DNA of 63,070 nucleotides, filler included, from Octopus bimaculoides (lineage: Eukaryota): assembly GCF_001194135.2 (NCBI RefSeq). It is 10 parts of 10 records of this genome, joined end to end, with 100 filler letters (N's around TTAATTAATTAA, not from the genome) between each part and the next. Parts side by side here need not be neighbours in the genome. Positions count along the whole stretch, not along the records: positions 18,327 to 25,791 come from NC_068986.1; positions 25,892 to 31,904 come from NC_068988.1; positions 32,005 to 39,030 come from NC_068981.1; 7 more parts are not named here. One strand, 5' to 3'. Below, piece by piece: positions 25,091 through 37,680 of this stretch; positions within the stretch are counted from its first letter, which is position 1; every line of letters starts with the position of its first letter. A program made the translations under genes and the position numbers. The notes under the pieces are model-generated. The model was not told the origin of the DNA. It saw only the letters and a program-made list of their open reading frames with translations, and did not search any database.

Positions 25091-26280
25091 TTATTATTAT
25101 TATCATCACTGATATCACTGATATCATTGTTTTATGTGTAGTAGCAGCAGTGTTTGCAGCAACAGCAACAGTAGTAGGAGTGGGGTAGTGGTAAGCGTGG
25201 TAGTTTGGCCTCAGATTCCTGTGCTATCATAATAGTAGTAGTTGTAGTATTATTGTAGTATTAGTAGTATTTAGTATTAACAGCTGCAGCATTTTTTTCT
25301 CAGCGGCTGGACGTGTTCTTCGCTGCTCTGACCTGTCAGCAGCTGAAAACACAGAAATACTAATACAATCCAGTAATACAACTGAAAAATAACTCTAAAA
25401 GACTGGAACATCTACAGTTTCTTGTGAGCATTTTGAATTGTGTGAATACTTATTCTTTCCTCTCTCCCTGAGTATTCGAAAATGTAAACATCCTCCTCCT
25501 TTTTTTATTCTAAGAACACCACCGTTTCTCTCTGTGCGGTCATACAAAAGGCCGTACTTTGTAAATCTTAAATCTTTACTATCTACAACTTGTTTTCTTT
25601 TCTTTTTGACTCTTCCTGAGTGTTCGAAAATGTAAACATCCTTTTCATTACAAAAGTCCTACTGTATTCTCCAACTGGCAGACGAACGAACATCTCAAGA
25701 AAACTTAAAAACTTTAATATATTACCCAAATACGTAAACACACCTTTTATTGCAACAACACAATTGAATTCAGAAATTCAAAAATTCAAAGNNNNNNNNN
25801 NNNNNNNNNNNNNNNNNNNNNNNNNNNNNNNNNNNTTAATTAATTAANNNNNNNNNNNNNNNNNNNNNNNNNNNNNNNNNNNNNNNNNNNNTATATATAT
25901 GGTATATAAATGAGGGAGAGTCAGTGAGGTTGAGAGAGAAATAATGACACACACACACGCGCGAAAATACACACACACACACACACGAATTGAAACTCAC
26001 ACTTATTCAGATTAATATCTATTCAATAGATGTGGTATTGCCGTCCTTTAGCTTTGTGCTAGAGTGTCACATATAATCTTTATTCTCTGGGGAGATGTTC
26101 TTATGTAGAAATACTTAATTGTTGCGTTCCTATTATGCAAACATTATTAATTCTATTTTTGTTTCTAACTTTGTAGACTATTGCAGCAATTCCACTTTAT
26201 TTTATCGCCCAAAACAAAGGCAAAATTATCCTCGCCGAAAGAAGTACTTCTAATCATTTTGTCTGATGTAATAACAAGAA

Positions 26281-26567
26281 TAACAAGAGCACTTAGAGAG
26301 CACAAACTTCCGCCAAAGCAACACCAATGTCCCCTCAACGATTAGCCAGATATGATTTTTAAAATGAGAATCTTTGAAATAAACTCGACTGCTCTCACAA
26401 ACGAGAATACTATTGGGTTGGTGGATAATTATTGCGGCTTTTTGTGAACAAATTTTATTCAACAAAACAATAGCAATATTTAACAAAAACATCTTTAAAT
26501 GAAGGTTTGATCGTCTGCGAAGCAAATGGGAAGTAGTAATTGAAGTAGATGTTGAATATGCTCCGGA
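26281..26567 (+). mobile_element. Non-autonomous repeat carrying a mariner transposase C-terminal remnant
   Basis: 26491-26567 translates IFK*RFDRLRSKWEVVIEVDVEYAP, resembling the mariner C-terminus (L..RW..VI...GEY). The element runs into a gap. Confidence 0.45.
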
Positions 26568-28322
26568 NNNNNNNNNNNNNNNNNNNNNNNNNNNNNNNNN
26601 NNNNNNNNNNNNNNNNNNNNNNNNNNNNNNNNNNNNNNNNNNNNNNNNNNNNNNNNNNNNNNNNNNNNNNNNNNNNNNNNNNNNNNNNNNNNNNNNNNNN
26701 NNNNNNNNNNNNNNNNNNNNNNNNNNNNNNNNNNNNNNNNNNNNNNNNNNNNNNNNNNNNNNNNNNNNNNNNNNNNNNNNNNNNNNNNNNNNNNNNNNNN
26801 NNNNNNNNNNNNNNNNNNNNNNNNNNNNNNNNNNNNNNNNNNNNNNNNNNNNNNNNNNNNNNNNNNNNNNNNNNNNNNNNNNNNNNNNNNNNNNNNNNNN
26901 NNNNNNNNNNNNNNNNNNNNNNNNNNNNNNNNNNNNNNNNNNNNNNNNNNNNNNNNNNNNNNNNNNNNNNNNNNNNNNNNNNNNNNNNNNNNNNNNNNNN
27001 NNNNNNNNNNNNNNNNNNNNNNNNNNNNNNNNNNNNNNNNNNNNNNNNNNNNNNNNNNNNNNNNNNNNNNNNNNNNNNNNNNNNNNNNNNNNNNNNNNNN
27101 NNNNNNNNNNNNNNNNNNNNNNNNNNNNNNNNNNNNNNNNNNNNNNNNNNNNNNNNNNNNNNNNNNNNNNNNNNNNNNNNNNNNNNNNNNNNNNNNNNNN
27201 NNNNNNNNNNNNNNNNNNNNNNNNNNNNNNNNNNNNACGATTCGTTACGTTCTGTATTGAAGTGCTACCTTGATTAACTTTGTTTTTCATCCTCCCCAAT
27301 TAAATACTGGCCAAGTACTGGGGGTCAATATCATGTCTGCTGCCCTTCCCTCAAAATTTGGTGCCTTTGTAACTTGTTAAAAAAAAATCATGAAAATCCG
27401 AAATGAGACGATATTCTGAGTATAGTAAATTTTGCGTTTTCCTCTTAACTCTGCATTGGGATCGATTAGAATTTTTCAGAAATATTCTTGTACAATTTTT
27501 CACTCAGAAAGATAGTTAAAAACAGTTGCTTGGGGCATTTTCATCAATTTAAATATAAGAGTTGAAAATTTCAGGGTAAAACGATCAAAAGAGATATTGC
27601 TTTGATATTAATTTTTTGGAAGTCCTCACTTAAATGACACCAACAGAGAGAGCTTTACATAGAATTTATATTTATGGACAGATAATCACCTTACCAATGT
27701 TTAACAATTGCTAGTGTTTGAAATATATTTTCCTCTTAACTATTGTTACAATATTGATTCAATAGCTCGGACGGGGTAATTTATCATCTTCCCAGCTTGA
27801 TTTTGAACGACATAAAGCCACACGTCAATATTATGGCGATTGTAGAACCACCATTGTATCTTTAGTCATGTGAAGTGATGTCAGTTTCGTTGAGTAGGCT
27901 GGCTAGTAATCTTTGTACTTTATAGTGACATTATTTAATATCGGTTAATGTTCGTATGTGGAGGACGGAACTACTTGAAGCATATTGTATTTATTACTTC
28001 TTTTTATTTACTATATTTTTCCCGTCGTTGCTGTTTTAAAGTTTATCGTAGAAAGACGTCTTAAAGCAGCTCCTGCTTGACTTGTTCCGCCAATATCTGT
28101 TTTCTCAAACATAATTTAGAGTTGTGCTGTTTATTCTATTGTTATTTTATCACGAAAGAGAAGAGTTTAATTGTTATATGTGTGTGTGTGTGTGTGTGCG
28201 TGTGTGTGTGTTACGTACGTACGTACACACACACACACATACTCATACATGTATATATCTTGCCTGTTTAGAGAAGAAAAAAGTATATTGTTAATTGTTA
28301 TTTGTTTCTGTTTTCGCAACAG

Positions 28323-28435
28323 AAATTAATTTCAACGTTGCTAAGATGGTAACAGCAGGAAAAGATTCTCATATCAGTTGCAGTCAACATCACCCTCCTG
28401 AGGTGGGAGAAGAAAATAAAAATTGTTCGATTATT
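28323..28435 (+). other. Candidate 113-nt exon with ATG in good context (MVTAGKDSHISCSQHHPPEVGEENKNCSII)
   Basis: Acceptor tttgtttctgttttcgcaacag| and donor ATT|gtgagt. One open frame; AAGATGG with the ATG at 28346. Confidence 0.35.
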
Positions 28436-28714
28436 GTGAGTAATTGACCAAACAGTAGCAATAATTGCAACATTAACAGCAACACGGAAACAACATTTAC
28501 ACGAACAATAAATGCAATAATTGTTTTCAAATTAGACACTATACATCTATCCTTGTTTATCGCCGAGGGTTGCCTAAAACAGTGATAAGTGGACCATCTC
28601 CGTTCAGTTCGTAATTGGAACGAATCACAGATCCATTGACACAAAACAAGCCGCCTACAACAGCGAAGCTGCCACCGTCACCATCTTTTGATCATTTAAA
28701 CCAATTTCTTGTAG

Positions 28715-28749
28715 GGAATACGCCCGTTCGAATCGTTTGTTAGGATCAG
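28715..28749 (+). other. Candidate 35-nt exon (GIRPFESFVRI)
   Basis: Acceptor ccaatttcttgtag|G and donor CAG|gtaact; phase-compatible with 28323-28435. Confidence 0.3.
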
Positions 28750-28840
28750 GTAACTTTGTATTTTTTGTTCACTGTCCTCATTTTCATAGGAATGAGTACG
28801 TAAAGCGTATTAAAAGAATAGGCAGCCTCTCAGCACAGTC

Positions 28841-28894
28841 ATGTGCATTCTGGGTAGCTGAGCATTCTGGGTAGCTGAGCATTCTGAGTAGTCG
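28841..28894 (-). promoter_or_regulatory. Three tandem 17-bp units containing ZNF143/Staf-like sites
   Basis: gcattctgggtagctga x2 plus gcattctgagtagtcg. The reverse complement TACCCAGAATGCAC resembles the Staf-binding consensus (T[T/A]CCCA[C/G]AATGCA). Locally CpG-richer, non-repetitive context. Confidence 0.35.
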
Positions 28895-29252
28895 TTGGGG
28901 TGCGTTTTTGTGGTACAAGCAGTATATTCGACTAACTGCCGACTCGCCTCATTACGGATCAATCTGTGATAAACATAACATAAGGCACCATGTTGTCTCA
29001 GATAAATGATGAATGAATCATTGGCAGAAAGGCTATATATACCTCCAGTAGTTAGCCGATTACATCATTCTTAGTACTTCAATCTTGCCGTATTTTATCG
29101 ATGGGGTGAACGTTATAGTTAAGCCCAAGGCAATTTGAGCTCAGAGCATAAAGGACCAAAACGAATAACGTTCGGCTAGCCTTCTAACTATTCTAGCGAA
29201 CCATCAAAACGGACGCCATTACGTCCTGTTTGAAATAACGACCAAATATTAT

Positions 29253-29466
29253 ATATTTGGTTTCAAAATTAGGTACAGGACGAACGATTTGCGGGGAGGG
29301 GTATAATCGATGATATCGACTCCAGTGCTCAACTGGTACTTATTTTATTGATCTCAGGATGATGAAAGGCAAAGTCAATCCCAGCGGAATTTGAACTCAG
29401 AACGTAAAGACGGGTGAAATGCCGCTAAGCATTATGCCCGGCGTGCTAACGATTCTGCCTGCTCAG
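29253..29466 (-). mobile_element. SINE family B
   Basis: atcgactccagtgctcaactggtacttattttattg...gaaaggcaaagtcaa...ggaatttgaactcagaacgtaaag...gctaacgattctgcc. Confidence 0.85.
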
Positions 29467-30584
29467 AATACCTTAGGAATGAGAACCCAGGTTCGAAATT
29501 TCCCCAAGACACCTGATGAAACCTGGAGGGAGGAGGACAAACGTCCGTCAATTGTAAATAATGTAAATAATGGACAAAAGATTTACTAATATCTGCTCTC
29601 TTTCTACTTTTTCGAACGTAATATTTCTTTTCGTTTCTTCAGAGTTGATTTCCAAAATCAACGAATTCGGATATGTGAAAATCATAAATGTTCCATAGGG
29701 TTGTTATTTGACAGAGTATTCATTAAGTTGATAGACATTGGCAGTATAAGATATCCCCCTTTCGTGTACTTGACTGCACCCACATTTAATAGAAACTCTA
29801 CAAAGATCCGATTGCTAGAGGAAGCTGAAGACGTCATATTCCTCATGGAAAGGATACACTGATGGAAGTAGATTGTTCAGCAGGAATTAACGACGTAACT
29901 TTGTAAAGTAGCTGTCATTTATATTTCTGAACTTTGCGACTTCCTCTGTCTACTGAAACCTTACACTACATGTAACAGGGTGTCGAACAGTGTTACTCCT
30001 AATATGTAGCTTGCGGCCATACACACACACGAGATGATTTTATGGTTGTTAAACTTAATCATTATCCAAGTGAAGCTGGTTTAAAATTCCGGTTTAAGCT
30101 CATGGCGCAAAATGAAATTGTTTTCCACTTATAACAAGAATCGATTTTCCCATTACAGTCTCCCTTCATTAATAGATCTGTAAAACCGCCTTCCGTTTGC
30201 TCATAGTATTTATGGAGCAATTACTTTTTCTAAATGATGCTTTGCACATAGTTAACATTCTCAAAAAATACGAGTATCACCGTAAAAAAAAGATCTTTCT
30301 GAAATAAATCATAACCATTCTTAGATCATAGTTTTTTTTCTGCTTATAATCTTCGGTTATGACTTTCTTGGCTCGCAATAGACGTTTACCTCAATATATA
30401 CCTATTCCTATGATAGATGAAAATTATCTTTCGACATAAATATAATGCAAAGGTTTTGCACACCGCATTTTCCAGCATACAACTCGGTGTAATATATGAT
30501 GTTAACATGCAAAGTAAACATTCAAATACTGTCACTATTTTACCAAATCCTGCTGAATTTTACATGCAATATTTGACCCGTCAT

Positions 30585-30720
30585 TCTGCCAAGGCTGACT
30601 TTGCTTTTCATCCTTTGTGGGTCGATAAATTAAGTACTAGTTGCATACTGGGGTGGATCTAATCGACTGGCCCCCGCCCCCAAAATTTCGGGCCTTGTGC
30701 CTAGAGTAGAAAAGAATATT
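30585..30720 (+). mobile_element. SINE family B, 3' part
   Basis: gactttgcttttcatcctttgtgggtcgataaattaagtactag...aaatttcgggccttgtgcctagagtagaaaagaatatt. Confidence 0.85.
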
Positions 30721-30736
30721 TGACCCATCAAATCAG

Positions 30737-30817
30737 TTTTGCTGTATAAGTCGACCTACATGCTTTGGCTGTAAATTTTGGTCTTAAAAAATTCGACTTC
30801 TATCCCAGAAAATATGG
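30737..30817. mobile_element. Possible pogo/Tigger-like terminal remnant
   Basis: ttcgacttctatcccagaaaatatggta resembles CGACTTATA..CCG.AAAATACGG-TA termini; only one end is visible. Confidence 0.3.
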
Positions 30818-30829
30818 TATTTTAAATAA

Positions 30830-31440
30830 CAGTAGTACTTCGATACTTCAGTCTTTCGATTAGCAAGTCTTTTACTTTGGTGAGCAATTTGGGTCTTCAT
30901 TCTTGCTCTTTCAGTTAGTATATAATTGAATGCCTTTGTAGGTACTTCATAGGTGCGAGTTAAATATCTTCCCAAAGTTTTACCATTTTTTTAGTGTTGT
31001 CTGTTGTTTGTGCTTTGTAGTACATCAGTAACTACTGGGTTTGTTATTTTTTCTCAATAAACTTCTTGTGTTTCGCTTATTATGTCAAGCATTATAATTC
31101 ATGATGAGACATCTGCTATCGACATTCTTTCCACTAAATCTTTTATTTGCTTAATTATTGGAGCTGCATTGATTTCATATTTTTTACAGGATATTCTTAT
31201 TAAAATCCTTTTCGTTTCGAGACAAATTGTTTGTTTTATCAATAGAAATAATGCCGCTTTTCATGACAAATTATTGGTCGTTTAACGAAGATCTCTTGTC
31301 TGAAATATCTTTTATTTTAGGTATTTTGTGGTGTTTCATATTTCTGTAGAACGTGTCTCCTTTTCAATTATTGTTTTTGCTGTCGTTCTCATTAATGATT
31401 CAAGAACTCTTTAATTTATTTTCTATCAGTCTTAAAAAAA
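30830..31440 (-). mobile_element. Possible highly degraded Dong/R4-like LINE fragment
   Basis: Minus-strand remnants (TFYRNMK, *WKE, HNK) resemble the pre-RT region of the 21353-25090 element; weak. Confidence 0.25.
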
Positions 31441-31533
31441 ATATTCGTGATGCTTAGTCAACATCTTTCCTATTCTCACCCTCACCACTACCACCACCAC
31501 TACCGCTACCACGACCATTAGCACCATCACCAC

Positions 31534-31534
<1 letters not shown>

Positions 31535-31585
<51 letters not shown>

Positions 31586-31904
31586 GTTCAGTAGTTTTAT
31601 TTTTATAACGTGCTTTCACTTCACTACCGAACGCAGCTCTGTGCGCCTTGGGTATGTGCTGTGGTTTGCTGTGGTGCTCTTATGTATACTGTATTGAAAG
31701 TGTTTTGCGTAGAATGTGTGCAGTACCCAGTAGTGCAATTTTCTGTATGTTATATATATTTGTAAGTCCTGATGTTTTTGTTATGTATTTGTCTGAATAT
31801 TTTTTTTATTATACCTAAGGCACCTACTATGATAGGAATTGTTTCTGTTTTTAGATTCCACATTCGAGTTATCTCTATTTCCAGGTCTTTGTATTTTGAA
31901 AGTT
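31535..31904 (-). mobile_element. R4/Dong-clade LINE 3' end with (TAA)n tail (distinct family)
   Basis: Minus strand: LSKYKDLEIEITRMWNLKTETIPIIVGALGIIKK / YSDKYITKTSGLTNIYNIQKIALLGTAHILRKTLSIQ, short UTR, then (TAA)n at about 31535-31586. Cut by the artificial spacer. Confidence 0.9.
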
Positions 31905-32217
31905 NNNNNNNNNNNNNNNNNNNNNNNNNNNNNNNNNNNNNNNNNNNNTTAATTAATTAANNNNNNNNNNNNNNNNNNNNNNNNNNNNNNNNNNNNNNNN
32001 NNNNGACGTTCATAATATTTTAATCGAATTATATTTAAACTCACTTACGCATACATTTTTATATACATTTATGTACGCATATATTTTTTATATACATTTA
32101 TATTTTGTATATTTTTAATTTTAATTATAATTCAAAATGATTATTGTGTCATATAATATATACAACTTTCAGAAATTCGAATATTGATTTCCTAAGAATA
32201 TTGTTGATAATTTTATT

Positions 32218-32256
<39 letters not shown>

Positions 32257-32454
32257 AAGACATTCAATACTTCATTTCATTGTACCATCCATTTTTATAT
32301 TATATATTATATATTCCATATTCTATATCCCACATTAATTTTACAAGAATATAAATAAAACATAAAAAACAGACAGAGTTGGAACTCTTTTAAATAAAAT
32401 AATATATTCCTCTATACACGATCATACAAAACCCTTTTTTTGTATTTATTTTTA

Positions 32455-32523
<69 letters not shown>

Positions 32524-33846
32524 TGTTCCAAATATATTAAAGATGAGCAGAGATATGTGTCAGAATTGGTAAGCGACACACAGATGCCATTAGTCACGTA
32601 CTGAGTCCAAATTATGCTTTTTCGATTCTATGCTCAGGAAAACAATACCAGTCGAATATAGGTTCGAGATAATCGATTATGCTTCCCACTCTTTGTCTAT
32701 GCTGCAAATTATTATTATTGATAGAGTGGTATAGAGTAGAATAGATAGAGTCTCTAAATTTTGTGTTCCGATTACATGAGGTCGACTAAGCCTTTTACGC
32801 TTCCACTGTCAGTGGAATATGTACCTGTCAAATTCAGGAATCGATTTAATCAACTATGAGGTTTTTTTCCCTTTTAGAAACAATTATTATTGACAGAAAT
32901 GGTAGAGCAGCGCTTGCACCTATACATGTCGATTTTAATGTTTAAGAAAAAAAGATATTGTGAGTATTTGTGAGTTTTATGTTTGCGGTTTGTTCGTCTG
33001 TTCGTGTGCATGTGTCTGTGCGGGTGCGCGCGTGTTTGTGTATGCGCACGCGCGTGCCTGCGCGTGTGAATACGTAAATGGCGTATGGAAACAATCAATA
33101 TATCAGAAAATCAACAAAGTATATAATTGTTTTGATGAAACCCAATTGTAGACCAGCATTTTTTGAGTGCGGTGGGGGAACAGATTTGAGGTCGGGCTAT
33201 GAAAATAACGCGGGGATATCTGGTCGGAAATAAGCAAAATAATGATTTCTTTATTGACCCCAAAAAGACGTTGAGAACAAAAGAAGGATGAAATACAAAC
33301 CAACGGTGGAATTTACTTTCAGTAAAAACGGAGAAATAAACAATAACAAAAAAAAAGAGCAACGATAAAGAAAATAATAATAAAAAGAATATAAAATCAC
33401 TAGAAAATAACAATTGGATCCCTATAGGTAAGCATAAATGTACTGTCAGAAGAACAGTTTTTGTTTCTTCTGAATTGAATGTTAGTCACTTTAGTGTGAT
33501 GTGGAAAAGGCAATAAATTAATAGTGATACGCGGGTGGAGAAGAAAGGGATTTGTCATATTATCACGTGCTGTCAAGGAAAATACATGACTTGGCACTTA
33601 CTTAAAACTTTTGGTTGTCATGGTTTGGGTATTGATATAGCATGACAACAGAAGTAGAAGAAAAGGTAGGAAGAAGGTGATACATACATATGTACGTACG
33701 TACATACATACATACATTATGTATGTATAAATATATACATGTATATCATATATGCATACATAAAAATGTGTGTGTTTGTGTGTATGTGTGTGTGTATGTC
33801 TATGCGTGTGAATGTATGCATGCATGTGTGTATGTATGTATATAAA

Positions 33847-33902
<56 letters not shown>

Positions 33903-34199
33903 AATATATGTGCACACACATATATATGTATGTATATATACACATATACACATATAAAAATGCACAAAAACATGCATAACGCGCGCGTATCCACTGAACG
34001 TTCTCACGCACTGGGATATAAATGTATATCGGTACAAAACCATTGGTGCGTCCACACACACGCACACACAGAGAATAACATGCATAGACACCCGATCATA
34101 TATACGTTTGAAGAACATAAAATGGAAAAAAAGGAACAGAAATGAAATTAAAAATAGTAGTAAAAAGCGTAGCTATGCGTTTTGAATAACGCACATTCA

Positions 34200-34860
34200 T
34201 AAAAATGGAGGGAAGAAAAAAGGGAAGTTTATTGAAACGCAAGGAATAAAATTTTCGAAGGTGAATATGATGTATTGTTCTTCATGTGTCTTTGAATGCG
34301 ATGCTTCGAGAAGGAAAATACTGGGCGAACATAGAGATGTTGTCAAAAGAGTGATATGCTTAAATAGGCGGTTACGGGCTGGGTCAAGGAATAAGTCATC
34401 GAACGGTTTGTATGTGTTGCTGTCCAAGGTTTTGATAAACATGCTGCTGAATGTTCTGGGCACTGGGAATACGTGGTCAGGGGTTTTGTGGTGTTGCTGG
34501 TATCGGGGTAAAAATAACATATGCAGGAATCGCACTCGAGAGCACTAAATTGAATGCGGATGAGCAAATGGAAAGATGTGGAGGGGGAAAGATCGGTCGG
34601 GCGGTTATGGAAGGGGTCAGAGAATAAAGACTGGAAGTTGCAGATGAGTGTTTGCTTCGATAGAAGAATGACCTGGTTCGAGTGGAAGGTGAGGGGGATT
34701 GGTATCTGCAGTGTAGTATCTGCAGGTGTGCATACAGAGGGTAGAAGAACATTGATGGTACCGTTGATGCTTTTGATACTTGTGTCGAATTTTAGTTGTG
34801 AACTCTGTACTCTGTACATCGGCAGTCTCAGATCATCTGCACGAATTTTGCAGAGAAAGT
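34200..34860 (-). pseudogene. Unassigned coding-like remnant (probably TE-derived)
   Basis: Overlapping 158-aa and 112-aa frames join with one shift into a ~200-aa non-low-complexity peptide; higher GC than the flanks; family not recognised. Confidence 0.3.
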
Positions 34861-35313
34861 GATGTGCAGATCGGCAGTACTAGACTACTGCTTCTGTGCG
34901 TCATATACCTCACTTAAGCAACAGAAAGGCATCTAATACACGGAAAGCTGTGGTTTGTAATTGCGTTTATCTATAAAAACGATTTGAATTCAAGTTTTGT
35001 CATTCAAATAATGTACTGTGTTGACATCACCGAGCTTTATATAGTCAAACAGAGAAAAAAAAAAGACACAAACTTACAGAAAGATATATACAAATATACA
35101 CGGACTCGTAGATACATATATAAATATAAAAAAGGAGAAGACAGAAGTACTGTTACACATCGATACATATACGCACACAAACACTCACGCAGGCGTACAT
35201 CATAAACAGACACAGAGAAACACACACACCTCCTACAGACATGAACACAAAAAAAGTATAATATACAAGTACAAAACACATTTACATATATTTCGTACTG
35301 ACAGAAATATATC

Positions 35314-35360
<47 letters not shown>

Positions 35361-35439
35361 GTGTGTGTGTGTGTGTGTGTAGATGTGTGTATATATATGT
35401 ATACAGATGTGTATGTATATATATATATATGTAAACATG

Positions 35440-35483
<44 letters not shown>

Positions 35484-37374
35484 TATATATATATGTCGTA
35501 TATGTAAGTTTATATATATATATAAATAGATATGCTTGCATTTGTACTCACTATGTTATCAATCAAATGTATGCACGTATCCAAATATACATGCATTTTC
35601 TTTTTGTGCAATCATATGTCGAAATGAATATATGAATATTTATGTACGTACGTGCATGCTGTCACGCTGTCAAACAACATACACATACATGTATATGCAC
35701 ACAGACATATGCATCCACACAGACTGTCTCTCTCACACACACATACATGGATATATATGTATTTTATATATGAACACCGAAATATACGCATACAGACATG
35801 CACGAACACAAACATACATATTAGCGCATAAACATACTGATGCCAAAAGCTCATCCACCCAACCATTTATTTTTCATGGGTAAGAGACTGACGTTCTTTA
35901 ATATGCAATTTATACGCACGCCAGACAATGAGGTAGGGTATGATCTCATCAATGCTGAAATAAATGGTGCCAGAAGTTCTGGTCGAACGGCAAAGAATGC
36001 AAGAAATGTGGCCCGATCTATCATTATTAAGTGAAATAATAAATATGTACATGTGCGCATGCATGTTGTTACTATGTAGGTTTGTATGTATGCATGTATG
36101 TATGAATGTATGTGTGCATGTATATATGTATGTATGTGTGCATGAATGTATGTATGTATATGTATGTGTGTATGTATGTATGTATGTTTGTATGTATGTA
36201 TGCATGTATGTATCTATATATGTGTGTATGTTTGTGAGTATGTGTTTATGTATGTTTATATGTATTTATGTATGTTTGTGTCTGCATGTACGTACTTATA
36301 TATTTATATCTGTCTGTGTGTATATATGCATGTATATATATATATATATATATATATATNNNNNNNNNNNNNNNNNNNNNNNNNNNNNNNNNNNNNNNNN
36401 NNNNNNNNNNNNNNNNNNNNNNNNNNNNNNNNNNNNNNNNNNNNNNNNNNNNNNNNNNNNNNNNNNNNNNNNNNNNNNNNNNNNNNNNNNNNNNNNNNNN
36501 NNNNNNNNNNNNNNNNNNNNNNNNNNNNNNNNNNNNNNNNNNNNNNNNNNNNNNNNNNNNNNNNNNNNNNNNNNNNNNNNNNNNNNNNNNNNNNNNNNNN
36601 NNNNNNNNNNNNNNNNNNNNNNNNNNNNNNNNNNNNNNNNNNNNNNNNNNNNNNNNTATATATAGTTTTGTGTATATTTCTATAAACGTGCATATATATA
36701 TATATATATGTATATTGTCTTTGTGTTTTGCGTATTCACGTAAATATGAGTGCTTGCGTAATTATGACTGATATCTGACATGATATTTTATGGAAAAGGT
36801 TAGATATATATTTTTCTTTCTTTCCGAAACAATCTATTCATTATTTTTGTCCTTATCTTCTTACACACAAACCTCCAGCTTACTCTTTTTTTTACACATG
36901 CATTCGTACCCTTGTGCACAGACTAAAACATCTACAGACAGATACACATATACACTCATAAACATACACGTATCTGCATATGAGCATGTGAGTTTCTCAC
37001 GCGCACTCTCGAAGTTAAAATAACATAATACACATACAAACACACACAGAGATTGGTATACATATATGTTCATTATTGTTTAAGTAGTATGGAGAAACAG
37101 ACCATATAGAATCCTTAATATATAAATATTGTAACAGTAACTATCAAAATAATAGCGAGGTTATTCTGATTAATTCACAGCATTGCTAGAACAGTCTCCC
37201 TTTCCATAAATTTGCCAACTATATACTCTCCCCACACAGGCTTCATTATCTCGCCAGTGTATATTTCCCAGTTATCACTTTCTCAGGTCTCTTACCAAAT
37301 GTTTAATCCAATTTTTATTCTCAAGAGTTGCAAGCACCTGAAATGATCAATCTGTCCGAGTTTTTTTCCTGCAG

Positions 37375-37439
37375 TTAGTGACACACTCATGTTCGAACTG
37401 AACAGCAGTTTTATTAATCTCACCAGTCTTCGAGGGCTT
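37375..37439 (+). other. Candidate 65-nt exon (SDTLMFELNSSFINLTSLRGL)
   Basis: Acceptor gagtttttttcctgcag| and donor CTT|gtaagg; one open frame. Confidence 0.25.
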
Positions 37440-37469
37440 GTAAGGACGTAGTCAACCAGAGCAGTTACT

Positions 37470-37680
37470 TAGCCACTCGATTTGCTTGAAGTAGTAGCAG
37501 CCAAATCAAATGCAAGTCAAATCTTACCGTTTAGAAAAAGGAAGGAAACATTTGATAACATAGTCTTTGACACTATGTGTGATAAAAAAAAAGGTGGGAT
37601 TTCTCGACAGGAACGCTTTTGATCAAAGGTTTATTCGATTAGAGTTGATATGGGGCGAAGTAACAGCAATAACAAGAAAA
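37470..37680 (+). mobile_element. Old interspersed repeat, family D (SINE/LINE-tail-like)
   Basis: The motifs tagcagccaaat and gc(c/t)tttgatca(t/a)agg recur at about 14265-14290, 48235-48365, 49530-49625 and, reversed, at 47070-47120. Confidence 0.55.
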
